Shown here: piece by piece, positions 25,530 through 37,249 of the stretch | Numbering within the stretch: the first letter of the stretch is position 1 | Layout: every line of letters begins with the position of its first letter | Assembly: GCA_038087875.1 (NCBI GenBank) | Contig: JAXLNO010000600.1 | Coordinates: forward strand, 1-64,000 | Source of the DNA: Malacoraja senta | Lineage: Eukaryota | Direction of reading: 5' to 3' | Length of the DNA: 64,000 nucleotides | Notes under the pieces: generated by a model | Seen by the model: only the letters and a program-made list of their open reading frames with translations | Told to the model about the DNA's origin: nothing | Databases searched by the model: none | Program-made: the position numbers and the translations under genes

Positions 25530-26482
25530 CTATGCCCACCCGTGAGGGTCACCTCCACGCCGGCAGAGCTTGGCCCGGATCCTGGCCCAGGTTTGGAGGT
25601 AGTCCTTGTTCCCCAGGGCCAGGGCGAAGGGCACCAGGGCGGCGCTGGCGATGCCCAGGCAGGACAGGACGATGTGGGCTCGGGCACCCAGGAAGCGGGC
25701 GTGTAGGTGGACTATGTAGGGCAGCCAGCAGCAGGCGAAGACCAGCAAGGAGCCGGCCACGCTCCTCGTGTACCTGAGGTTGAGTTGCTGTTCGAGGGAG
25801 AGATGGTGAGGCCGGATTGCACGGCCCGATGCTGGCGTTGGATCCGCTTCATCTGCGCCCGGGCCAGGCGGTGGAGGGCGGCGTTGCTGGCCCCCATGGC
25901 CAGGATCGACGGCATCAGCACCCCGTACACCTCCAGGTAGATGTACTCAGGTGGGAAGACGTGCCCGAAGTGGCAGCAGCAGCGGCCGGTGCGCTGGGCC
26001 GGCCAGCGGTTCCAACCCAAGATGGGCAAGCAGGCGAAGGCGAGGGGTAGCAGCCAGACGGCCAGAAGGGCCGCCCAGGCGCGCCCCCGCAGCCAGGCGC
26101 ACCCCCGCAGCGGGTGCACGACGTAGAGGTAGCGGTCGGCGTGCACCAGCAGCAGGTTGGCCAGGAGCGAGAGGACCACGAAGTTGGGCAGGAGGTAGGT
26201 GAGGTAGCACAGGCGGTGGGGCCGAGCGGTGTCCGCGCTCAGGCCGGGCACCGAGGGCAAGACCAGGCCGGTGGCCAGGTCGCTGATGGCCAGGCTGAGG
26301 AAGAACCAGCCGGCCGAGTTGTGAAGCCTCTTGCTGCCTGCTATCCCCACCACCAACGCTAGGTTGCCCACCACGATCACGGCCGAGAACGGCAGGGTCA
26401 ACCAGTGGACGAGGAGCTGGTGAGAGGCCAAACCATCCACGGGCACCGACTGGTTGCAGCATCCTTGGCCGCTCTTGTTCAT
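25530..26482 (-). CDS. GPBAR1: G protein-coupled bile acid receptor 1 (TGR5), intronless 7TM coding sequence with an apparent 1-bp frameshift near 25797
   Basis: ATG at 26482 (MNKSGQ...). Class A GPCR motifs match TGR5: FFLSL, YLLPNF, LLANLLLVHADRY, LPILGWNRW, VFPPEYIYLEVYG. TM6/TM7 (CWLPY...LSCLGIASAALVPFALALGNKDY) continue in another frame to TAG at 25530. Length 953 bp = 318 codons minus 1 base. Sits between ARPC2 and AAMP as in human. Confidence 0.9.
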
Positions 26483-26609
26483 CACAGTCAACTGCTGGCT
26501 CGAAGGGCCGAATGGCCTACTCCTGCACCTACTGTCTATTGTCTATCCCCGGGCAGCTACTGTCCAAGGGAACTATCTGTCTCACCTCAAGAGTCCTTGT
26601 TGCCAACCA

Positions 26610-27270
26610 GGTCCCCCGAGATACTGAAGAATTGTTGACCAAAATCCAAATCACGCCGAGGATTGTCCCACTATCCGAGTCTCCGTTCCCAACCTCCAAG
26701 CAGGTCTCCGGGGATCCGAGATACTTCGAGATACTTCGAGATACCTGATGAATTGTTGACCAAAATCCAAATCACGCCGAGGATTGTCCCACTATCCGAG
26801 TCTCCGTTCCCAACTTCCAAGCAGGTCTCCGGGGATCCGAGATACTTCGACAACCTGACTGGCGACGGCCCAGAATCCGAATCTCCCCTCCACTGAGGTC
26901 CTCTCTCTCCCCCTCCCCTCCAAGCGCTCGGTCTCCGGGGATCCAAGATACTTCGACAACCTGACTGGCGACTGCCCAGAATCCGAATCTCCCCTCCACT
27001 GAGGTCCTCTCTCTCCCCCTCCCCTCCAAGCGCTCGGTCTCCGGGGATCCAAGATACCTGGTCGACTATTGACCGAGGTCCGAATGTTCCCGGGACTGTC
27101 CCAACCTCCGGAGTCCCCAGCCTCTAAACCAACAGGTTATCGCTGGAGATCCCAGATACTTCGAGAACCTAATGCACCGCTGACCAATCTCCAGCGGGAC
27201 AGTCCCACCACCGTGGTCCGCCGCTCCCAGCCTCCAAGCGCTCGGTCTCCGGAGATCCGATATTCCTGAC
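26610..27270. repeat. Degenerate ~105-121-bp tandem array upstream of GPBAR1
   Basis: Core ggtctccggggatcc.agatac at 26703, 26824, 26930, 27036 and variants at ~26610, ~27143, 27244; two near-exact unit pairs with periods 121 and 106. Confidence 0.9.
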
Positions 27271-27584
27271 TGTCTTCCTCCAAGAGGGTCTCAGCTACAA
27301 TCTGGGTCTCACCCCGAAAGTCCCGTCATTTAAACCCCTCCGCGCTGGTCCCCGGGATGAATCAGGAGTTAGTTCGGCCACTGAAGAAAGTTAACATGAT
27401 TTGCCAAACTTCTGACGTCTCCGCGCTGAGCGAGAAACTCGGCGGAAGGGGAAAAAAGCGTGCGAAAGATTCAGCAAAAGATATTTCCCAACCACTTCAT
27501 AACTCAGCCCACTGAACCTTCCTTGAACTCATTCCAACGCGTTAGTGAAATAAAGAATTTGTCATTTGAGTAAAGATTCGAAAG

Positions 27585-29785
27585 ACTGGGCATCTATTCA
27601 CTGGAATTTAGATGGATGAAAGGCGATCTTATAGAAACGTATAAAATTATAAATAAATATAAAGACTGGACAAGCTAGATGCAAGAAAAAAATGTTCCCA
27701 ATGTTGGGGGAGTCCAGAACCAGGGGCCACAGTCTAAGAATAAAGGGGAGGCCATTTAAAACTGAGATGAGGAAAAAACGTTTTCACCCAGAGAGTTGTG
27801 AATTTGTGGAATTCTCTGCCACAGAAGGCAGTGGAGGCCAATTCACTGGATGAATTTAAAAGAGAGTTAGATAGAGCTCTTAAAGATAGCGGAATCAAGG
27901 GATATGGGGAGAAGGCAGGAACTGATTGTGGATGATCAGCCATGATCACAATGAATGGCTGTGCTGGCTCGAAGGGCTGAATAGCCTCCTCCTGCACCTA
28001 TTGTCTATGTTTCTATGTTTCCAAGATACAAATGAGGGAGGGGGGGGGGGGGGATTGAAACCTATAGAACAGTGAAAGGCCTGGATAGAGTGGATGTGGA
28101 GAGGATGTTTCCACTAGTGGGAGAGTCTAGGGCCAGAGGGCACAGAATCAGAATTCCAGGACGTTCCTTTAGGAAGGAGATGACGAGGAATTTCTTTAGT
28201 CAGAGGGTGGTGAATCTGTGGAATTCTTTGCCACAGATGGCTGTGGAGGCCAAGTCAGTGGATATTTTTAAGGCAGAGATAGACAGATTCTTGATTAGTG
28301 CGGGTGGAGGTGAAAAGGATAAAAGGGGGTGAGATCCAGAGAGGAGGAGTGAAATATGAAGCCGGAGGGTGTGTGCGGAAAGGGACGGGGGAAAAAGGGG
28401 AATAGACAATAGGTGCAGGAGTAGGCCATTCGGCCCTTCAGGCCAGCACCGCCATTCAATGTGATCATGGCTGATCTTCCCCAATCAGTACCCCGTACCT
28501 GCCTTCTCCCCATATCCCCTGACTCCGCTATCTTTAAGAGCTCTATCTTGCTCTCTCTTGAAAGCATCCAGAGAACCTGCCCTCTGAGGCAGAGAATTCC
28601 ACAGACTCACAACTCTCTGTGTGAAATAGTTTTTCCTCATCTCCGTTCTAAATGGCTTACCCCTTATTCTTAAACTGTGGCCCCGGGTTCTGGACTCCCC
28701 CAACATCGGGAACATGTATCCTGCCTCTAGCGTGTCCAAACCCTTAATAATCTTACATATTTCAATAAGATACCCTCTCATCCTTCTAAACTCCAGAGTG
28801 TACAAGCCCAGCCGCTCCATTCTCTCAGCATATGACAGTCCCGCCACCCCAGGAATTAACCTTGTGAACCTACGCTGAACTCCCTCAATAGCAAGAATGT
28901 CCTTCCTCAAATTAGGGGATCAAAATGAGTGTACAGAGGAAGTGAAGGGTACAGGGTGACTAGTGGGGAGATGGTGGGAAAATGTGTGTGCATCCAGAGA
29001 ACCAGCCTCCACCGCCCTCTGAGGCAGAGAATTCCACAGACTCACAACTCTCTGTTGAAGGGGGCAAGGGAGAGGAGCGGGGATATTACTTGAAATTGGA
29101 GACTTCAATGTTTTTACTCTTGGGGTGTAAGAACGGAGACGAGGAAACACATTTCTCACAGAGAGTGGTGAGTCTGTGGAATTCTCAGCCTCAGAGGGCG
29201 GTGGAGGCAGGTTCTCTGGATGCTTTCAAGAGAGAGCTAGATAGGGTTAGATAGGGAGTTTAGAAGAATGAGTGGGGGACCTCATTGAAACTTACAGAAT
29301 AGTCAAAGGCCTGGATAGAGTAGATGTGGAGAGGATGTTTCCATTAGTGGGAGAATCTAGGACTAGAGGTCACAGCCTCAGAATTAAAGGACGTAGGAAG
29401 GAGATGAGGAGAAATTTATTCAGTCAGAGGGTGGTGAATCTGTGGAATTCTTTGTCACAGATGGCTGTGGGGGCCACAAGTCAGTGGATATTTTTAAGGC
29501 AGAGATAGATAGATTCTTGATTAGTACGAGTGTCGGCGGTTCTTCACACAGAGAGTTGTGAGTCTGTGGAATTCTCTGCCTCAGAGGGCGGTGGAGGCTG
29601 GTTCTCTGGATGCTTTCAAGAGACAGCAAGATAGGGCTCTTAGAAATAGCGGTCAGGGGATATGGGGAGAAGGCAGGAACGGGGTACTGATTGAGGATGG
29701 TCAGCCATGATCACATTGAATGGTGGTGCTGGCTCGAAGGGCCGAATGGCCTACTCCTGCACCTATTGTCTATTGTGTATTGTCT
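27585..29785. mobile_element. Cluster of nested CR1 3' fragments on both strands
   Basis: ORFs 28072-28332, 28485-28910, 29272-29508; several CR1 3' UTRs and tails. Confidence 0.85.
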
Positions 29786-30331
29786 ACCCAAGCGGGATAT
29801 GAGGTGCTGCTCCTCCAGTTTGCTTTGGGCCTCACTCTGGCAATAGAGGCGGCCCAGAACGGAAAGGTCAGTGTGGGAATGGGAAGGGATGCTTAGGCAA
29901 CTGCAGGCGACCAGTTTGTCGCCACATGTTCGCTGGGAGTCGTCTCCTCAGTCCCGCAAAAAGTCGTAGCGTCTTTCTGGTCGCCGCTAAATTTTCGATG
30001 TGTTGAAACATTTTCGGCGACAGTGGGTTTGACGCCAATGAGCGTAGCTTGACTTCTCCTGACGTAGGTGCTGTCGTTGGTTGTTGCCAGCATGCCGTAG
30101 GTTGTCGCTGGTTTTTCGGCTACCTGTTACGACTCTGACAGTCGCCGGCAGTTGCCTAAAACATCGCCAAGTGGGACAGGCCCATTAAGTCACCTGGTGA
30201 ATCTGCTCTGCACCCCCTCCAGTGCAATCATCTCCTGCCCATCTATCCCACAGTGACCACCAGAACTGTGCACCAGAACTTGCTAAAGTCAAGTTGGAAT
30301 CATGGGGTTACACAGTAGAGGATTATTCTGT

Positions 30332-30963
30332 ACTAGACCAAGTGGGACCCGTTGGGCTCCGTTCCCCCAACGCAATAATCCACCACTCACCCGTTCCCCC
30401 AACGCATTATTCCACCACTCACCCATAGCCCCGACAGGAGGCTTGGTCCCCTAACGCAATATTCCACCACTCACCCATAGCCCCGACAGGAGGCTTGGTC
30501 CCCCAACGCAATGTCCCACCACTCATCCCATAGCCCCGACGGGAGGCCTGGTCCCCAAACGTAAGATTCCACCACTCCCCTGCCTCCCCCAGTACTTCCA
30601 ATTCCAATTTCACTTCCCCTGGCCCCTCACTCCCCCCCCCAAATCACTTGCTGCCAGGACCACGACTAAGTGTTCTATGATGGCAACATTGTTGCAAATG
30701 TCGGGTGGAGGACTGTGAGATCCCATTGTGACGTCATAGCTGCAACTGCCAGCACTGGAGTGTCGAAGTGATTATCAAAGTGGATTTAGTAAACTTCAAA
30801 AAATGTGATAACTTGTGGAATATAACATCAATCTGAACGAAACTTGATACAAAAAACCACAGGTCAATGGTGAGTAAGGTGTTTTTTGCGCTTTTGGTGT
30901 CATTCCTTGAGCTCACCAATCACAGACATGTAAACAAGACAAGACTTTTAGTAATATATAGAC
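30332..30963. mobile_element. Probable Helentron-associated (HINE/DINE-1-like) element with internal ~52-bp minisatellite
   Basis: Begins actagaccaagtgggacccg, ends ...ttttagtaatatataga; tandem units at 30366-30580. Confidence 0.45.
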
Positions 30964-30984
30964 AGATAGACTGTTATACAAGAT

Positions 30985-31415
30985 TAACAAACTCATCAGG
31001 AAGGCCGGCTCCGTCCTGGGGGCGGAGTTGGAGTTGGATTCACAGGAGGTTGGTCTTGGAGGGGAGGATGCTCCTCAAACTGCAGAGCATCTTGGACAAT
31101 ACAGCTCACCCCCTCCAAGACACACTCGTCAACCTGAGGAGCACCTTCAGCAACAGACGTATTCCACCAAGATGCAGCACAGAACGCCACAGGAGATCCT
31201 TCTTGCCTGTGGCTATCAAACTGTACTCCTCCCCCTTCTGTCGTGGGGTAGACTGACTCCCCTCCCTCCCCCCCCCTTCCCACCCCCTCCCCTCTCATAT
31301 CTTTGCACACCCCCCAATCCTTTCCACTGGTCACTTTAATTTCATGTTGCATGTATCTTGTGATAAATGACTGTTGGTCAATTTCCCTCCTGGGATAAAT
31401 AAAGTTCTATCGGTT
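30985..31415 (+). mobile_element. Rex1-like LINE 3' fragment
   Basis: LLKLQSILDNTAHPLQ...RCSTERHRRSFLPVAIKLY; gggataaataaagtt end. Confidence 0.7.
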
Positions 31416-31688
31416 CATATCGTATCTTTCAGCAGAAAGGTTCCGTCCTGAAACGTCATCTGTTCCTTATCTCCAGAGATGCTGCCTGACCTGCTGAGTA
31501 ACTCCAGCATTTTGTGCCTATCTTCGACGGAAACAGGTCAGTACAGTACAAACTCCGCACAGACAGCGCCCGTAGTCGGGATCGTTACCGGGGCGACCTC
31601 TTTTCCTTTTTCCTTGGGGGTTCCATTTCAGGGCTTGCCGGGTGATGTTTGTGGCCGGTTTCCTGAGGGTGCGTCCAATCCAACTTCA

Positions 31689-32135
31689 TTTTCTTTTCTT
31701 TTTTTCTTTTCTTTTTATTAGAAGCAATTGTATAAAGATAAAACATACGGCATCTAAAATGATACAATTATTGTACAGCTTCATTTTTAACCTTATAACC
31801 TAAATTCTGAAAATGAAAAAAAAAAAGAAAAAGAAAACAAGAACGAAAAGAAGTAAAAAGTGAAAAGATAGATTGAAGAAGAACAGAAGAAAATCCCCAG
31901 ACTACCAAAGCAGTGTCGGAGAAAGATATAGAAATAATTAAAAAAAAGAAAAAGAAAAGTGGAGATATACCTTGCCCCTCATCCCCCCGCCCACCTCACC
32001 CAACCCAGCATCGGATTTAAATTTAAATTTGTGTTGCACCATACTATTGTTGTAAGAATTCGGTAAAGGGTGACCATGTCTTAAGAAATTGATCTGTTTT
32101 TTCCGCCAAGACTAATATTTTCCAAATGTAGTGTC
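31689..32135 (-). mobile_element. Second copy of the same L1 3' end
   Basis: Clear homology to 19405-19840, including cggatttaaatttaaatttgtgttgcacc. Confidence 0.8.
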
Positions 32136-32139
32136 ACGA

Positions 32140-33030
32140 CTCCATTTTCTCCTTCGAATTTGTAAGTCAATGGGCTCCTGGCTTGTTCTTTTCCACAGGT
32201 CCACATTGCTTACTTTGTCTCTCCACCAGATGTTAAGTCTTCTCCTAAGGCCGGTGTTAGTGAATGTTCGCAGCTCTGTTCGCAGAATGTAGTGTGTTTT
32301 GTGGTTTTCCATGTCACTGATCCATACATCATCACTTGTTTCACAAGATGCGTATTTTGGAGTTGATTGAGATGTGTTTTGAGCTCCATATCTTCCTGAG
32401 CATGTTAAACAGACAATAGGTGCAAGAGTAGGCCATTCGGCCATTCGAGCCAGCACCACCATTCAATGTGATCATGGCTGATCATCCCCAATCAGTACCC
32501 CGTTCCTGCCTTCTCCCCATATCCCCTGAATCCGCTATCTTTAGCTCTCTCTTGAAAGAATCCAGAGAACCTGCCTCCACCGCCCTCTGAGGCAGAGAAT
32601 TCCACAGACTCACAACTCTCTGTGTGAAAAAGTGTTTCCTCGTCTCCATTCTAAATGGCTTACCCCTTATTCTTAAACTGTGTGGCCCCGGGTTCTGGAC
32701 TCCCCCAACATCGGGAACATGTTTCCTGCCTCTAGCATGTCCAAACCCTTAATAATCTTGTATGTTTCAATAAGATCCCCTCTCATCCTAAATTCCAGAG
32801 TATACAAGCCCAGCCGCTCCATTCTCTCAGCATATGACAGTCCCGCCATCCTGGGAATTAACCTTGTGACACCTCCCTAGCCTTATTGAGTCTGCCTCTG
32901 CCCCTCCGGTGATGTCCACAACACTGCCTAGATGTGTGAATGTCTCTACCTCCTCTAGAGCTGTGTCGTGCATAAGGATAGGGTTGCTGGTTTTGGAGTG
33001 GATCCTCATCACCTGTGACTTTACTGTATT
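32140..33030 (-). mobile_element. Degraded RTE-type LINE interrupted by a CR1 (~32410-32870)
   Basis: LEEVETFTHLGSVV..TGG and LRRRLNIWWRDKVSNVDLWKRT.QEPI..QIRRRKW are RTE RT C-terminal motifs. Confidence 0.6.
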
Positions 33031-33132
33031 GGGTGGAAGACCAAGTTAGAAAGTCATGTTACAGCTCTATAGTACTTTGGCAGGCGGCATTTGGAGTATT
33101 GCGTGCAATTCTGCTCTCCCGTTTATGGGGTG

Positions 33133-33690
33133 TTTAAGAAAGAACTGCAGATGCTGGAAAAATCGAAGGTAGACAAAAATGCTGGAGAAACTCAGCGGGT
33201 GAGGCAGCATCTATGGAGCGAAGGAATAGGCGACGTTTCGGGTCGAGACCCTTCTTCAGACTGATGTGGGGGTGGGGGAGGCGGGAAGAAGAAAGGAAGA
33301 GGCGGAGACAGTGGGCTGTGGGAGAGCTGGTAATGGGAGGGGAAGGAGGGAGAAAGCAGGGACTACTTGAAATTGGAGAAGCCAATGTTCTTACTGCTGG
33401 GGTGTAAACTGCCCAAGCGAAATATGGGGTGCTGCTCCTCCAATTTGTGGTGGGACTCACTCTGGCCATGGAGGAGGCCTAGGACAGAAAGGTCGGATTC
33501 GGAATGGGAGGGGGAGTTGAAGGGTTGAGCCACCAGGAGATCAGGTTGGTTAATGCGAACTGTGCGGAGATGTTGGGCGAAGCGATCGCCAAGCCTGCGC
33601 TTGGTCTCACTGATGTAGAGCAGTTGACAGTTAGAACAGCGGAAGGAATAGATGAGGTTGGAGGAGGTGCAGGTGAACCTCTGCCTCACC
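33133..33690 (-). mobile_element. Penelope-like element 3' part: GIY-YIG endonuclease plus terminal repeat with hammerhead motif
   Basis: FTCTSSNLIYSFRCSNCQLLYISETKRRLGDRFAQH is a Penelope GIY-YIG with CxxC; CTGAAGA-stem-GAAACGTC follows on the same strand. Other ends at 1453-1730, 4285-4600, 20850-21175. Confidence 0.85.
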
Positions 33691-36075
33691 TGGATAGGCT
33701 TTAAAGAGGGTGCAGAGGTGGTTTACCAGAATGCTGCCTAGATTAGAGGGCATTAGCTGTAAGGAGAGGATTGACAAACTTGGAATGCCTTCTCTAATAA
33801 GCATGTAATAAGCATTATACAATTAGTTGTGGCGTAGATAGGGTAGACAGTCAGAACCTTTTCCCCAGGGTGGAGCTGTCCAAGACTAGAGGGCGCAGCT
33901 TTAAGGTGAGAGGGGCAAAGATTTAAAGGAGATGTGTGGGGCAGCTTTATTTACACAGAGGGTGGTGGGTGCCTGGAACGTGCTGCCAGGGTGGGGGTGG
34001 AGGCAGATACGATAGTGGTGTTTAAGAAGCTTTTGGATAGGCACATGGATATGCAGGGAATGGAGGGATACGGATCACGTGCAGGCAGGAGATTAGTCAT
34101 AGTCACAGAGTGATACAGCATGGAAACAGGCCCTTCGGCCAAACTTGCCCACACCGACCAACATGTCCCATCTACACTAGTCCCACCTGCCTGCATTTGG
34201 CCCATATCCCTCCAAACCTGTCCTATCCATGTACATGTCTAAATGATTCTTAAACTTTGTGACAGTCCCAGCCTCAACTACCTCCTCTGGCATCTTGTTC
34301 CATACCCCCACCACCCATTGTGTGAAAAAGTTATCCCTCAGATTCCTATTAAATCTTTTCCCCTTCACCTTAAACTTATGTCCTCTGGTCCTCGATTCTC
34401 CTACTCTGAGCAAGAGACTCTGTGCGCCTACTCGATCTATACGTCTCATAGACAATAGACAACAGCCAATAGGTACAGGAGTAGGCCATTCAGCCCTTCG
34501 AGCCAGCACCGCCATTCAATGTGATCATGGCTGATCATCCCCAATCAGTATGTTCAAGAAGGAACTGCAGATGCTGGAAAATCGAAGGTAGACAAAAGTG
34601 CTTGAGAAACTCAGTGGGTGCTGCCGCACCCGCTGAGTTTCTCCAGCACTTTTGTCTATCCCCAATCAGTACCCCGTTCCTGCCTTCTTCACCATATCCC
34701 CTGACTCCGCTATCTTCAAGAGCCCAATCTAGCACTCTCTAGAAAGTATCCAGAGAACCAGCCTCCACCGCCCTCATGATGTTGTGATTGAATTTAACTT
34801 GGCTTCATGTCCGGAGAGGACTCGGTGGGCTGAAGGTCCTGTTTCCACGCTGCGTCTCCAAGCTAACCTAAAGGTTTTAGAACGGAGACGAGGAAACACT
34901 TTTTCTCACAGAGAGTAGTGAGTGTGTGGAATTCTCTGCCTCAGAGGGCAGTGGGGGCCAGTTCTCTGGATGCTTTCAAGAGAGAGCTAGATAGGGCTCT
35001 TAAAAATAGCGGAGTCAGGGGATATGGGGAGAAGGCAGGAATGGGGTACTGATTGGGGATGATCAGCCATGATAACATTGAATGGCGGTGCTGGCTCAAA
35101 GGGCCGAATGGCCTACTCCTGCACCTATTGTCTATTGTCTACTGTCTAAACTAAAAGAGAGCAAATGGTTAACGTGAGCGGCAAAGATATCAAGGTGGAA
35201 TATATGTGAAGAAGAATGAAAATGTTGAAGGAAAAACAAATACCAGAGCTCTGATTTGCTATTAGTGTACAACATAACTCTGACTGCGCTGAAGGGGCAA
35301 ATTCCATCTGGGAATAAGTTCTAATCGCTCCATCATCCCACCACAAACAGCAACATTCAAAACCTTTTATGGAGCAAGTTTCGGTGATCAGATACAGAAC
35401 TCTGCAGATGAAATATTTATAGAAACTCCCTCCCCCAAAGTGACAACTTGCAGGGATAATACTGTCCGCAATGCGTTCCCAGCATCGTCCCTTGTAAACA
35501 CAGACGGCTTCAGGAGAAAACTATAGACAATAGACAATAGGTGCAGGAGGAGGCCATTCGGCCTTCAAGCCAGCACCACCATTCAATGTGATCATGGCTG
35601 ATCACCCACAATCAGTACCCCGTTCCTGCCTTCTCCCCATATCCCCTGACTCCACTATCTATAAGAGCCCTATCTAGCTCTCTCTTGAAAGTATCCAGAG
35701 AACCCTCTGCCCTCCACTGCCCTCTGAGGCAGAGAATTCCACAGACTCACAACTCTCTGTGTGAAAAAAAGATTGTTAAGGGTTTGGACACGCTAGAGGC
35801 AGGAAACATGTACCCAATGTAGGGGGAGTCCAGAACCAGGGGCCACAGTTTAAGAATAAGGGCTAAGCCATTTAGAACGGAGACGAGGAAACACTTTTTC
35901 ACACAGAGAGTTGTGAGTCTGTGTAATTCTCTGCCTCAGAGGGCGGTGTGGAGGCAGATACGACAGTGGAGTCTATGAAGCTTTTAGATAGGCACATGGA
36001 TATACAGGGAATGGAGGGATATGGACCATGTACAGGTACTTTGTCTTGACATCGTGTTTGGTTAGCGGAATCTAT

Positions 36076-36905
36076 AGGGAGGTTGCACGGCCATCGAGGT
36101 CCCGACCCGTGACCCGTACTGTTGCCACGCAACGCCAACTGGAGTACACGCAGTGAATCAGACTTACGAGTGGTGTGTGGCAAAGTAAGTTTTCTATCAT
36201 TTTGCTATTAAGATGTATATTTTGGCAAATAATAAAATGTCCTGACAGCTTAAACACCCATTCCCTTTCAAAGATATTGTCAATTTGCTGAGTTTGTTTA
36301 TGTCCAATTAACAGCTAACAATTATGCAATTCCTTGGCTTGCATCTGAGTAAAATGTAATTCAAAACCCACGTACGGTTTGCGATTTTTTAAATTATAAA
36401 TTTAGCTTCAGAAGCGTTTTCTTTTGGTATGTAAAAACCCACTTGAGAACCATGGGCGATTTTAAAATTTTACAGCCAGATTTATCACTTCTGAAACTTT
36501 TTAGATACCAAAGGAATCAAGAAAAAACACTAATAATGCCTTACTGTTGATGAAATGCAGTGAGCAAACGCGATAATTCCCAATATTTTCAATCTTGATA
36601 TCTGCACGGCGAATGTTCGCCAACCACTTTAGCTGTTGTTGTCCCTTCAACTGCCACTTCTCTCTACCATAATCTCTCCTCACTTTTGGAATTCTGAAGT
36701 AGGATAAATGTCTCTCAAGCTTACCCCGATTCCTACAATTATTTACAGCGCACAAATTGACCATTTCAGCGTTTTATAACGGGTAAGAGAGTACACGTTT
36801 CGTGTATTAACAGTACGTGCCGGAAGCTGCCATGTCCTCCACATGGAGTGAGCTGCTCCGTACGTCACGCCCTTTGACCCGATGACCTTACGTGCAACCC
36901 CCCCT
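36076..36905 (-). mobile_element. Internally deleted DNA transposon with THAP-domain ORF (ISL2EU-like)
   Basis: Inverted termini agggaggttgcacg / cgtgcaaccccccct, each flanked by AT; ORF 36501-36764 (-). Confidence 0.6.
36501..36764 (-). CDS. THAP (C2CH) zinc-finger N-terminus of a transposase
   Basis: MVNLCAVNNC...YFRIP...W...VCSLHF fits the THAP signature; a gtaagg donor-like site follows the domain. Confidence 0.7.
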   Translation of the reverse strand: MVNLCAVNNCRNRGKLERHLSYFRIPKVRRDYGREKWQLKGQQQLKWLANIRRADIKIENIGNYRVCSLHFINSKALLVFFLDSFGI

Positions 36906-37249
36906 ATAGGACATAGATTTAAGTTGAGGGGAGGAAAGATTGAAACTCAGAGGGGGGTCCGTATCTGGAATGAGCTGCCGGAGGAAGCCACAGGAATGGA
37001 TACAATTACAAATTGACCCTATTCTAAAGTTCTGAAAGCTTTTAGAAAAATAACAGATTTCCTTGGTTCTGAGGATGTTCCGCAGAGAATCTGCCGAATC
37101 TCCAATAATGTAGACTTCAGCGACCACCCCGTACATTAACACTATCCTACACACGAGGGACAAATTACAGAAGCCAATTAACCTACAAACCTGCACGTCT
37201 TTGGGATGTGAGAGGAAAGCGGAGGAAAGGGGTAGGATAGGGACCCACA

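Noticed and set aside
26610..27270. CRISPR-like repeat-spacer appearance
   Set aside because: The intervening segments are themselves duplicated; vertebrate context with no cas genes.
27516..27530. Minus-strand EFKEG match to the next expected ARPC2 exon
   Set aside because: Wrong strand, no AG acceptor, and continues SVG* rather than RRASHTAPQ.
35290..35525. ~75-codon open frame in unique sequence
   Set aside because: No start codon, splice signals or recognisable similarity.
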